A stretch of DNA of 64,000 nt from Setoptus koraiensis (Eukaryota > Animalia > Arthropoda). The translations under genes and the position numbers were made by a program. Numbering within the stretch: position 1 is the first letter of the stretch; each line of letters opens with the position of its first letter. This document shows, piece after piece, positions 33,148 to 43,800 of the stretch. The notes beneath the pieces were generated by a model that searched no databases, was not told the origin of the DNA, and was given only the letters and a program-made list of their open reading frames with translations. Location of the stretch: NCBI GenBank assembly GCA_048013815.1, contig CM106585.1, positions 16,244,001 through 16,308,000 on the forward strand, in the 5' to 3' direction.

Positions 33148-35772
33148 AGTTCAGCTTGCGCATGCTATCAGCAGTGACAGTAGTGTTTGATTGTCAGCGT
33201 TGGATCGCCGCACTGCGTACAAAATTGCAACTACGTTACAGGAAAAATGTCGATTTGATGATTCGATTGATTTGATATCGATATTTGATATCGATATGAT
33301 ATCAATTTGAGTCGAATCAATATCCTCCCAAGATATCAAGATTTTTCATTATCAGTGCGCTCTAGTCAGGCCGATCTAGGAATGACTGGTCGCACTAGTT
33401 TGGCCGCTCAATCATCGCTATCGAATGTTACGTCGCGAGGGTTTTTTTGCAAGATAGTTAGCATAGGAAGTATCGATAAATAGAAGCTACATCCTGCGAA
33501 TACAGTCCAACTGTGTTGGCCGCCTGCGAAAACTTTTGGATGTGCCAAAACTTGTGAACTGATAACGAGTTGCCTCCAAGTGTTTAAGTGAAGAGAGGAA
33601 CAGGAAATAGAGATTTATTTTTGGCCAATTATTGAATTTCAACACATGGGTCGAATTAAGTGGCCAGTGTAGCGGCGTATTGCCGAATGAGTGTATTTAT
33701 TGCCGAATCGTTAGCTGCAGCAAGTGTATCGAAGCGTTTTGAATATTGCCGAAAGCATCTCACACTCCGTTCATCAACGTCTATCTGGGATGGTTTCCAT
33801 GAATTGAGGCTGCCTTGTGCTCCATTGGGAATTTCCAATCATCCATTGACGATCATCGAGCCACGGCCAACTGCGTCGGTTGCTTGACCAATTTTATTCT
33901 CCTTTTAACCCCACAAATGCGTCCACGAAACTTGAATGAAGCCGATCAATCGTAGCGAAGTTGCCCGGCCTTGGTATTCCGACACACAATCATTTGTTTG
34001 CGACCAATGGAACACTGTGCTCAATCATGTCACTTATGATAGACGACCGATCAGATCAGTGTGAACTTAACCTCATCCCGACTTACGCAAGGTTATGCCA
34101 TAGTGTTTGGCAAGGTTTAGCCACACGGAACCAACATCACAAAGCCAGCGGTGGTGGTAGTACATCAGCCTACTTAAGTGTTATATGATGTAAACAGAGA
34201 GAATCTCGTTTTTATTACCACGCTACTAATTCGCTAGCGAGAAAACTTCTTTGTCGACTTTTTTGTTGTTGTTGCCGCTGTGGATGTTGTTGCTGACCGT
34301 AAGTGGGTTTCGTTTGTTGTCTTGGCCTAGGAGCCATTGACCGTTCGTTTCGTCTCTGGCCACCGGTACAAGAGTAGAGGAAACCTCACTGCTGTCGAGG
34401 ATACAATAAGCGAATTGGTTACGTAAGTTGAGTTAAATTAAGCTCTAAAGCCGGCCAAGACAAGTTCGTCGGTCCATTCTTTTTGTTGGCTTGTCCCAAT
34501 CAACTCGGTTCGCCGATGGAACTATACCAAAGAGGCGAAACAAAGCAAAAAATATGTGATTAGAGTGCAATAATTGTTGCAATAAGTTATATCAGATAGT
34601 TCAGTCTGCAGTATATTGATTAACTTGGCACGATCAGTTTGATTGCAGTCGAAATGATACCTGTATCATGATCCATCATCGGATTTTCATCATGATCAGA
34701 GTGTGGCCAGAACTCTTTCGTTGCCGACTGTCCGATAGCAATCAAATTGGATAAAGCTCTCTCGCACAAATACAAAAATATTAGATAGGACTGCGTCGAA
34801 ATGTAAAAATATTCAAAATCGTGTCAATTATATCCATTATGAATGGCGAAAAAAACTGACGCATAATATGTAACTAATGAAGAGCTAGCTCTTGCAAGGA
34901 GGAGAATGATCGTCTCGAGCAGCTCCGAAGAATTGAGGGTCGCCGGACACTGACTGAGATTTTATTTTAGTGTATGTACATGTACATGAATATAATTAGA
35001 CGCCTAAGAATACTCTGTTGACTTCCTCCGAAGTTAATAGTTCAAGATATTTTGGAAGCTTCTCCTGCTTCTTTTTTCTTTTCATATGAGGCTTTGTTGT
35101 CCACAATTTTATTTCATAATAGGAAGTCGTAGAATTGAAGTGGAGAGAGAAAGAAAAAAGTTGCTCTTGGCTGGACCTTTTGTGGTTACTTACTAGCGTG
35201 AGCGCATGTTGTTGTTGTTGGCATTGTACAGTTATGTCTAGAATGACTGCTATTCTCGGACATTACAACAGTGGCTATAACAACAGCAACAGCAGCAACA
35301 ACAACAATAACAACAATATAACAGGATTCATTGAACTTGAACTTGGTTAACGTTCCGCTCAGGTGTAGAACACCTGTGTGGACACAACAGGTATAAATAG
35401 TGTTGCTTCTCTCGATTCGGGATAGTCGGCTTTGGCCAACACGGAGCTGAAGGTCATAATTTCTAGCAGAAAGAAACGTGCATTAGTGAAAGATAAATGA
35501 GGAGACAAACCCCACTGAATCGCTCAGTTATCAGTTGGTTTGCACCAGACCAACATCTCCAATTGCCTATAACTACAGGACTCAATAAGTTAGTATAAGA
35601 CACAATATAAGTATAGATTTATCTCAGACTACATATAGATAAAGGAAAGATATCAACAAGCTAACAAGCAATAATAAGAAACAAAATGAAAACCGAGTAA
35701 ATCAAACAAGAACATAGGTCATTGGCAGGAATCTCAATCAACGTTTAACAACAGACTAGTACAAGTGCAAAT

Positions 35773-38700
35773 ATGAAGTTTTCGTCACCATCGAACTCGC
35801 TCACAATTCTATCCATCATTTGCATTATTTCCATCATATCATGTGTAACTGTATCATCTAAACCTCTGAAAGAAACTTTACCCGAAGCGATAGATGAAGT
35901 GGCCGGTGATGTTGACAGTAGCGCCAAAGACAAAAATGATGTAGAATTTAGATCCACATCATCGCCGCCTGTTTCTCCCATTGACCCCGTAGCCGATCAA
36001 ACGACAACTGTGAGTAGCAGCAGCGACACCAGCAAAATCGACGACAGTAAACAACAAACCACCGATAATCAGGAATCCATTCAAGTTTCCACAAACCAAC
36101 CTCGCATAGCAGAGCCGGAGGCAGACAAGACGACCACAACAGAGTTGCCGCCGACCAAGAAGACGCTGCCATCATCAGACTCGGACCCTGCCTCAAGTCA
36201 ATCAGCGTCAGAGTCACCAAAAACAAGACAAGACGAACCAACAGCTTTATCAGGTTCCGAAGAAACTCCAACGACAAAAAAAGAAGTAAACTCGTCTGAT
36301 GTTTCGGAATCGCCTGTCAGGACATCAAACGACAGTCCGGCACCGACAACCGTTGTACCAAAGACAGAGGTGGTAAAAGATGGAGCGCTTTCAAGTGAAA
36401 CTGCGCCGTCAGAGAGTGATCAGAATGAAAACCCCAAAGAGATCGCATCGCCGGCCTCTGCCACAGAGAGTAAGTCAGTGATTGAGGACGTTTCTAAAAA
36501 TGTTCAGCCATCAACGAAGGACTCGTCTCCTGAAACGAAACCCACCGCCAAGAATGAAACGAGCGATGAGAAAAAATCCGTTGTTATCACCGATTTGTTG
36601 GCCAACAAGGACGACACTGAAAACGACCTCAACTCGCCGGACCTAGATGGACCAGTTGACTTTAGTAACAATTCCAAAGATACTGGCCTTAACAATCATG
36701 GTCACGATGGTCGATTTCATTACGCGTTTGAGGGCCCACCTCTGGATCAAGGCCAGGCTAAGGTAGAGACGACCACCGCCAAAAGTAAGTCTGATGAAGG
36801 CTCAAGCCAAGCGGAAACGGACAAACAAACAAGCACATCGGCGCCTCAAAGTGTGACAAGCTCTTCCGATGAAAAGAAACAGGAAAGTACCACCGTGGCG
36901 AATGTCGACGAAACGAGCAAGTCCGACATGCCATCAGACAACGCCAGACCCACCATGGATTCCGGGAACCCCGAGAGCAAGGTTGGCAGCGCCGACAAAA
37001 AAGTAGAAGAAGACAAACTCAACAAGAAGGCCGAAGAGGAAAAGGTCGACAGGAAAGAAGAGAAACCCTCGGAAGCGTTGGATGAGAACAAAAAAGATGA
37101 TGAAAGAAAATCGGGTTCAGAAAGTAAACCTGCGATCGATTCAGTGAATTTGTCGACAGAGGCAACGGTCACAACTAAACAAAATGAACCCGCTAGCAGT
37201 TCGACTGCAGCCCCAGCCAGCACATCTACTTCACTAGCATCAACAACGACAACAACAGCAGCATCAGCTTCGCCATCTGACATTGCCGATAAAACAAAAA
37301 CTGTTCTCGCGTCCGCTCTAGTTCCATTGCTAGTCTCGAGCATTGCCAACGCGAATAAGAACACAGAACCGTCCAGAACAATTGTTCCCGAGGTGCCTAT
37401 TGCAAAAGAGAGTGATAATAAATCTGCTTCGAGCAAACCGGATGCGACGGAACAGAAGGTCAAGAACACTACCTCACCAACATCACCCGAGCCTACAACT
37501 AAGACACCATGGTCCGGTCATTCAACCGGAAATAGTGGTAGACGCCGGCCATCTTTCAGACCGCCTCATCCTAATAGACGAAAGCACCCGACTCGCCCGT
37601 TTTCATTCGATGCAGACGATGGCCTTGATGCGTTCTCGTCGACATCAACAACAAAGCGAAATCGCGAACGAACGCCTTCGTCCACTGCCAGACCGTTTAG
37701 GCGAACCACGTTCAATACGGCCCATTCGAACAGTTTTTCGCCACTTGACGATGATGTTCCCATAAGTGGATTTGGTGGACATAACAATAGAAGACACTAT
37801 CACCATAGATATCATCATCATTATCACCATCATGCGGACAAACCTAGTAGACGCAACAGACCGAGTTACGCAAGCGAGGGCACCTCTTTTTACAATCGTC
37901 ATGATAGCTCTTTCGGAGCCGAGGACAGACCTCACAGCACAGTCAGCACCAGAGATGGAACATCGGATAGTGGCTCAGGTGTCAGGGATAGTCCGAGTCC
38001 GGCCACGTCCGAGAGACGCAGACCCGGTATTGGAGGATTGTTTTCTGGTGGAGGAATTGGCGATCTCTTGAGTCCGTTCTCATCATTTTTAGACCACTCA
38101 CACAATAGAAATCCTCTGAGTTCGGTTTTGGGTTCGCAAGATGAGTTTGGTCCTCGTCATCATCATAGACATCGTCCGCATCGTCATAGAGAAAATCACG
38201 GTCATCATCATGGACGCCACGGCGAACATGGCGGTTACGGTGGTGGATATGATCAGGGTGGTTACGGCAACAACTTTGGTTCTACTTACGGTGGTGGTTA
38301 CGGTCACGGTCACGGTCACGGAGGAGGACCTGAAGGCTTCGGAGGAGAGTTCGGTGGTGCCTATCCGCCCAGACCCCCTCCCATAGCCGGCCGACCATAC
38401 GGTGATAATTATGGTGATCAGTTCAGACCAATTGGAAGCGAATGGTCGCCATTCGACTCATTATTTTCAACATTTGATGACATGTTTACAGGTGGAGCTA
38501 TCCACACAAATAGACCATTCGGATACAGAAAGAATAATACCAGCCCTGTGAATCACGGTAGCAGTCCAAATAGTAGCGATAGCAACAGTCCAACCAGTGT
38601 CAATAGTAACAGAGATACTATCATCACGACTAACGATGATGACAGCACCGAGGATAGTAGCCAGGATAGCCCACGAATTCCAACCATGCGAAGGCTAGCT

Positions 38701-39144
38701 CGTGGCTCACCAAAGTCCAATTCTGGGGATCAACCTGTTGTTGTGGCTAAACGTCAGATAGCTGAGAGTTCTCCGAATGGTCAAGCAGAAGATAATTTGA
38801 AAGCCATCGCTCCTGTTGTCTCGCAGGCCAAAATCAGCGACATAGAGAAAGAAACACCCAAGGAGTCTGCCACGGCCAATGACATGGGTGGTAAACCAAC
38901 AAAATTTGATGGATCTACCGAGTCTGCCACAGGCAAAGAGACCACATACAAAATACCTCATGAGAGCCCAAGCCAAAACGGATCATCATGTAATGGGCCA
39001 GATGTAGATTTAAAGAGGGGCCTGGTGTGTTTCTTTTTGCACATTAACAAGCCAGTGCATCAATTCAACTGGTTCCCCTTAAATTTAAACAAGATGTTCA
39101 GTATACCCAATGTACCAGTACAAAAAAGCATGTTGTCAGCTTGA
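35773..39144 (+). CDS. Large secreted mucin-like S/T/D/E-rich protein with His-rich and Gly/Tyr-rich blocks, 1123 aa
   Basis: 3.4-kb uninterrupted ORF with signal-peptide-like ILSIICIISIISCVTVSS; no recognisable globular domain. Confidence 0.8.
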   Translation: MKFSSPSNSLTILSIICIISIISCVTVSSKPLKETLPEAIDEVAGDVDSSAKDKNDVEFRSTSSPPVSPIDPVADQTTTVSSSSDTSKIDDSKQQTTDNQESIQVSTNQPRIAEPEADKTTTTELPPTKKTLPSSDSDPASSQSASESPKTRQDEPTALSGSEETPTTKKEVNSSDVSESPVRTSNDSPAPTTVVPKTEVVKDGALSSETAPSESDQNENPKEIASPASATESKSVIEDVSKNVQPSTKDSSPETKPTAKNETSDEKKSVVITDLLANKDDTENDLNSPDLDGPVDFSNNSKDTGLNNHGHDGRFHYAFEGPPLDQGQAKVETTTAKSKSDEGSSQAETDKQTSTSAPQSVTSSSDEKKQESTTVANVDETSKSDMPSDNARPTMDSGNPESKVGSADKKVEEDKLNKKAEEEKVDRKEEKPSEALDENKKDDERKSGSESKPAIDSVNLSTEATVTTKQNEPASSSTAAPASTSTSLASTTTTTAASASPSDIADKTKTVLASALVPLLVSSIANANKNTEPSRTIVPEVPIAKESDNKSASSKPDATEQKVKNTTSPTSPEPTTKTPWSGHSTGNSGRRRPSFRPPHPNRRKHPTRPFSFDADDGLDAFSSTSTTKRNRERTPSSTARPFRRTTFNTAHSNSFSPLDDDVPISGFGGHNNRRHYHHRYHHHYHHHADKPSRRNRPSYASEGTSFYNRHDSSFGAEDRPHSTVSTRDGTSDSGSGVRDSPSPATSERRRPGIGGLFSGGGIGDLLSPFSSFLDHSHNRNPLSSVLGSQDEFGPRHHHRHRPHRHRENHGHHHGRHGEHGGYGGGYDQGGYGNNFGSTYGGGYGHGHGHGGGPEGFGGEFGGAYPPRPPPIAGRPYGDNYGDQFRPIGSEWSPFDSLFSTFDDMFTGGAIHTNRPFGYRKNNTSPVNHGSSPNSSDSNSPTSVNSNRDTIITTNDDDSTEDSSQDSPRIPTMRRLARGSPKSNSGDQPVVVAKRQIAESSPNGQAEDNLKAIAPVVSQAKISDIEKETPKESATANDMGGKPTKFDGSTESATGKETTYKIPHESPSQNGSSCNGPDVDLKRGLVCFFLHINKPVHQFNWFPLNLNKMFSIPNVPVQKSMLSA

Positions 39145-39424
39145 TGGACGGTACATCACCATTCAACAACCTGTCTCATGCAAACTAACGCATGTCGATA
39201 TGTAGCATTATTACGATAAGACGATTGACGAAAGAACACTCTATTTATTTATTTATAATTTTATTGAAACATACTACATGCATGATGACAATGTAGCAAA
39301 TGACGATGATATGATATACGAGATTCTCTAAATAAAGAATGCAAAAATAATTACACATATGCAACATTATGGTAGAAGTAACTTAAAATATATCTCATGG
39401 GCGAGGCTGGCCAAATCATCGCCA

Positions 39425-40291
39425 TCATCTCGTCATGTCTATTTCTTCTAGGTCCAATGATTTCATTTTGACTTCAACCTGTGACAACATCTTGAGATCT
39501 TTGTGAAACTCTTCGCTATTCATCTCCTGATTCAACAGGGCACATAAACCGTCAATCCAGATACCGTACCTTTTCTCATCTGGGGCAACAAAATTAAGTA
39601 TTCCCTCTTCACCATTCTCATAAACTAGTGAGAAGGCCAAATTGATTGTGGATCTTTTGTTCTTGTTGTCTTTCATGTGAGGACAATCTCTACCGAAAAT
39701 TATACGTTTCACATCTGTCAACGATAACTTGTTGTCTAATTCGTCAATTTTGGGATTGCTATCGTTGGCTAGACAATCGCCGTAGTGCAGGGCTTTGTGA
39801 TTACTTGAGAGCCTGCAGAACCAGTATTTATACTTGTTTCTATGTCCTTTGTTTGTATACTCATGGAACCGTTCACCCTCTATCAACCTCAGAAGGCGGT
39901 GCTCTTTTATTAAAGAGACGAGCTCCGGTCGAATTTGCTCAAGCAATTCCTGGGTATTTTTTGCTTTTACATCACATTCTTCTCGACCAGTGTGATCTCC
40001 ATGATGCCACTTGTTGCCAGTTGTCTCTATCTTGGCGTGATGTGATGACGAATTCTCAAAGGAGTCATACGACAAGGTATCATGCTTATAGTGACCATTA
40101 ACTGAGGAGCTGGCACCATCGTCGGAATCGGTAAGAACGAGATCGTTGTCATTTTGCTCCTTATCCAACGTTGATTCAATCGTCACACTAGTTTCTATAT
40201 CATTCGTTTCATTTATGACCTTCAATTCTGGAAATTCCTCAATTGTTGTAGGTTGCTTTCCACACACCAAATCTGGGGGTGTCACAACCAT
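39425..40291 (-). CDS. Stand-alone ELMO/CED-12 C-terminal PH-domain protein, 288 aa
   Basis: IRPELVSLIKEHRLLRLIEG, YWFCRLSSNHKALHYGD, IFGRDCPHMK and LNFVAPDEKRYGIWIDGLCALL align with the ELMO1 PH region. RBD, ARM and ELMO domains and the terminal PxxP are absent. Confidence 0.8.
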   Translation of the reverse strand: MVVTPPDLVCGKQPTTIEEFPELKVINETNDIETSVTIESTLDKEQNDNDLVLTDSDDGASSSVNGHYKHDTLSYDSFENSSSHHAKIETTGNKWHHGDHTGREECDVKAKNTQELLEQIRPELVSLIKEHRLLRLIEGERFHEYTNKGHRNKYKYWFCRLSSNHKALHYGDCLANDSNPKIDELDNKLSLTDVKRIIFGRDCPHMKDNKNKRSTINLAFSLVYENGEEGILNFVAPDEKRYGIWIDGLCALLNQEMNSEEFHKDLKMLSQVEVKMKSLDLEEIDMTR

Positions 40292-40567
40292 TACTGGGCT
40301 GTCATTATATATAGTGTCGACGTAATGTCAGAGATTTGTTACAGTAATATCAACATTAATTAAGACAGTTCAAGCTTATTTAGATCTTCACCAAATCGCG
40401 TGTTGGTAACTTCAGCCTGGATATAAACGAGAATATTCTCTAGTTAGTCGTGAATTAAAAGAAGAGAAGATAATCGATGGGAAAAGAAAATTTCTCGTTG
40501 AAAGTGCGAGCGCGAAAGTTGAATTTTCACTTTATTGTTGGATGTGATGAAGTATGATTAGGTATGA

Positions 40568-43519
40568 TTACATCTTTGTCTTTTTCGTGATGGGCTTGTC
40601 GTTGAAGTTTTCCTTGCGTTTATGAGTAGCCGACTCTGATGATTGGGAGAATTTCTTGACAGGCTGATTACACATGTCGTAAATCTTAGCAAGCGTTTTA
40701 CACTTTGGCCTCACCGTCTCATCTATCTTCGACAACTCAATATCTGAATTCTTTATGCCAACCAGTAAGCTGTCCATACATCTGGTCCTGCCTGCTTTCT
40801 CTAGTTGCGAAGTTATCGTCTTTAAATTTTTTTGAAGAACTATGAGGTCGTCGTAAATAGTCTTACCCGTCATGAATAGATATTCACTATGTTTATCCGG
40901 GAGAGGCTTCGACTCTGACACCTTCTCATTTTCTACATTTTGAACCTGCTCTTGTGGTGCCTGAGGTGAATCACAATCATTGATGATGGGTTCTAAGTTT
41001 TCATCTAAGGAATTTGATCCGGGATCCATCTCAATTTCTTCCTGGTTCTCTACACTCTGAACCTCTAGAACCTGCTCTTGTGGTGCCTGAGGTGAATCAC
41101 AATCATTGATGATGGGTTCTAAGTTTTCATCTAAGGAATTTGATTCGGGATCCATCTCAATTTCTTCCTGGTTCTCTACACTCTGAACCTCTAGAACCTG
41201 CTCTTGTGGCGCCTGAGGTGAATCACCCTCAGTGATGATGGGTGTTAATTTTTCATCCGGAGAATTTGATTCGGAATCCACCTCAATTTCCTTATCATTT
41301 TCTACATTTTGAACCTGTGGAACCTGCTCTTGCGGCGCCTGAGGTGAATCACTCTCAGTGATGATGGGTCTTAATTTTTCACCCAGAGAATTTGATTTAG
41401 GCTCCACCTCAGTTTCGACATTACTCTGGTCTTGAGGAACCTGGTCTGGAGGAGGCTGAAATGAAACATAGTTATTGCTGATAGCTCTAGATTTGACAAA
41501 TCGTGAATTTCCAAATATGCGCCCAAGATTTCCCGGCCGAGGTCTCGGTAAAAGCTCCTGCCTCGTAGAGTTGTTTTGTGATGACGAGAGCTGGCCATTT
41601 GAGGGCGTACTTGTCGGTCTCATAGGGGTCACTTGTTTGGAGGACTCCTTAGGCTTAGGAGTATTGTTTTGTGATGACGAGAGCTGGTCCTTGAGTGGCT
41701 CTACAGTCCCTCTGCCAGGTGTGCCTTGTGAGGCAGAAAGACTCGTCTTTGGAGTGTTGTTTGCTAATGACGAGATCTGGTCCATGAGTGCATTTACAGT
41801 CGTTGTGACAGGTGTCTCTGGTGGAGCAGACTCTCCGGTCTTTGGAGTGTTGTTTGTTGATGACGAGAGCTGGTCCTTCAATGGCGCGGCAGTTGGTCTA
41901 ACAGGTGTATTTAGTTTGGAAGAAGTGTCGCCTGAAACAGCATCAGCTGATGGAACAGGCGACCAAGACATTAAATCAGTATCAACTTTGCGCAACAGCA
42001 GGCGAGGCAGAGGTTCCTCTTTAGATGGTGTTTTGTCTGTGACGAGATCTTTAATACCACTTGAAGTTATTTTTGATTCTTGCGCGCTGCCCGGTTTGGC
42101 AGACTTGGGCCTTGGCTTCACGTTTAGAAGAGTTGCTGTTAGATTCTCGAATTTACTAGTAATCTCTTTTGGTTTAGGTGTACTAACGGGTCGAGTTTCT
42201 TGGACTTTTGGAGATTCTGATGGCCTAGGTAGAAAATCCGGAATGATTCCGTGAGACGTAGAATCTATTCTCTTTTGCATGATATCGATACGTTTAGGAG
42301 CTGGGTCTGAGATTTTCTTGGTTGTAGAAGTTTGAATTGGAATAGGTTTTCCGAAAAGAGTATCAGGCTCTGGCTCTGGCAGAGGGTTTGGCTTATCTAT
42401 AATTTCTATAACTTCACTGTTGTTCTTTGAGGATTCAGAAGAATTTTTAGGGAATACCCTCTGAATACCTCTAACACCGGAGGATGAGGGTTTAGGCTTA
42501 TGAATTTTAGATGAAAACTCATCGACTCTAGGCCTCGGTGCTGGTGGTAATGATCTATTGAGAACAGAATGAGAGGATGAAGGCCCGGCCGATCGTGGAT
42601 CTTTTGGTGGGATGTGGGAGAATCGATTGGGCTTGAGGCTCGCCTTGATTTGCTGAGGAGTGAGTGGTTCGTTTGAATCAAAAGCAAGCCTCATAGATTC
42701 CCTTGGGGATACTGAGGTTACCTCTTTGGACTTGTCTTTGGGTGCCTCTTTAGACTTGTCTTTAGGTGCCTCTTTGGGCTTCTCCTTTTGTGCCTCTTTG
42801 GTTTTTTCCTTTGATGCCTCTTTGGGCTTCTCTTTTGGTGTCTCATTGGAATTACCTTTAAGTAGCTCATTAGGATCTTCCTTGGCCTTGTCTTTGAGTT
42901 TTTCTTTGTGTTTGTCAGAGAAATTATCTTTGAGCTTGTCTTGGGGTTTTTCTATGAGAGTTTCCCTTGAAATATCTCGAGAAGGTTCCTTCGATGACTC
43001 TTTGAACGAGTCTCGATGTAATGAGGAGCTCTTCTTTGCTGGCGTGGAACTGGTCATGGATGAGTTTTTCTTGAATTTTGAGTTGGTAGATGCCCGTTTT
43101 GAGGATGATTCTCTTTCTTTTTCGGCCAATTGCTTTAAGACTGCTCTAGTATCCGCAACAAGGCCTTCTAATTGTAGTGGGCGACAAACGAAACAGACCC
43201 AATCCTCGTTAGTTGATATTTCGTCAACTTTGCCTTGGCCAAGATTTCTCACAATGCAACATTCGCAAAATCCGTTGTGGCAGCCATCAGTGGCGCACAA
43301 GAATAGGCTGCCACCATCTGTGCACCATCTACAATAGTTATCATCACCGTTTTCGTCTACACCACTGTCGATGCGACTAAAGTCGCCATCGCCATAAGTA
43401 TATACACATCTGGCACATTCTAATGTGCCAAGTCTCGGATGGGTTTTGGCATCTTTAAGGCTGGCGATAATATTACCACAGGCCATGCACGATACTTTTT
43501 TTGAAGATCGAGGTGACAT
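40568..43519 (-). CDS. ATRX-type ADD-domain protein without SNF2 helicase, 983 aa, single exon
   Basis: CMAC..HPRLGTLECARC..YCRWCTDGG..FCECCIVRNLG..WVCFVCRP matches the ATRX ADD zinc finger. The rest is low-complexity or repetitive. Confidence 0.85.
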   Translation of the reverse strand: MSPRSSKKVSCMACGNIIASLKDAKTHPRLGTLECARCVYTYGDGDFSRIDSGVDENGDDNYCRWCTDGGSLFLCATDGCHNGFCECCIVRNLGQGKVDEISTNEDWVCFVCRPLQLEGLVADTRAVLKQLAEKERESSSKRASTNSKFKKNSSMTSSTPAKKSSSLHRDSFKESSKEPSRDISRETLIEKPQDKLKDNFSDKHKEKLKDKAKEDPNELLKGNSNETPKEKPKEASKEKTKEAQKEKPKEAPKDKSKEAPKDKSKEVTSVSPRESMRLAFDSNEPLTPQQIKASLKPNRFSHIPPKDPRSAGPSSSHSVLNRSLPPAPRPRVDEFSSKIHKPKPSSSGVRGIQRVFPKNSSESSKNNSEVIEIIDKPNPLPEPEPDTLFGKPIPIQTSTTKKISDPAPKRIDIMQKRIDSTSHGIIPDFLPRPSESPKVQETRPVSTPKPKEITSKFENLTATLLNVKPRPKSAKPGSAQESKITSSGIKDLVTDKTPSKEEPLPRLLLRKVDTDLMSWSPVPSADAVSGDTSSKLNTPVRPTAAPLKDQLSSSTNNTPKTGESAPPETPVTTTVNALMDQISSLANNTPKTSLSASQGTPGRGTVEPLKDQLSSSQNNTPKPKESSKQVTPMRPTSTPSNGQLSSSQNNSTRQELLPRPRPGNLGRIFGNSRFVKSRAISNNYVSFQPPPDQVPQDQSNVETEVEPKSNSLGEKLRPIITESDSPQAPQEQVPQVQNVENDKEIEVDSESNSPDEKLTPIITEGDSPQAPQEQVLEVQSVENQEEIEMDPESNSLDENLEPIINDCDSPQAPQEQVLEVQSVENQEEIEMDPGSNSLDENLEPIINDCDSPQAPQEQVQNVENEKVSESKPLPDKHSEYLFMTGKTIYDDLIVLQKNLKTITSQLEKAGRTRCMDSLLVGIKNSDIELSKIDETVRPKCKTLAKIYDMCNQPVKKFSQSSESATHKRKENFNDKPITKKTKM
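40920..41460 (-). repeat. 126-bp (42-aa) coding tandem repeat, ~4 copies
   Basis: CCTGAGGTGAATCAC anchors at 40960, 41086, 41212 and 41338. Confidence 0.9.
41570..41885 (-). repeat. 93-bp (31-aa) degenerate coding repeat, ~3.5 copies (DQLSSSxNNTPK...)
   Basis: ATGACGAGA anchors at 41581, 41674, 41767 and 41860. Confidence 0.85.
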
Positions 43520-43720
43520 CGCTAGTAAGTGTTTGTGTATTTTTTGTGTAGCTTTGGTGTGAGGTCAAATATGCGCTGCCAGAAGAATTTGTCGTGTTTG
43601 TGATACTGGTTAAAAAAAGTTGAGAACGAGCAGTTTGTATAAGTGACGATAGTAATAATAATGTCGGCGAGGCGCAAATAACAAGATATATAGTATAACA
43701 TATAATAATATAATCTATGG

Positions 43721-43722
43721 TA

Positions 43723-43755
<33 letters not shown>

Positions 43756-43800
43756 GTAATAATAATAATAATAATAGTAATAATAATAATAATGATAATA
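43721..43800. repeat. (AAT)n microsatellite upstream of the ADD gene
   Basis: About 80 bp of TAA units with a few TAG/TGA interruptions. Confidence 0.9.
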
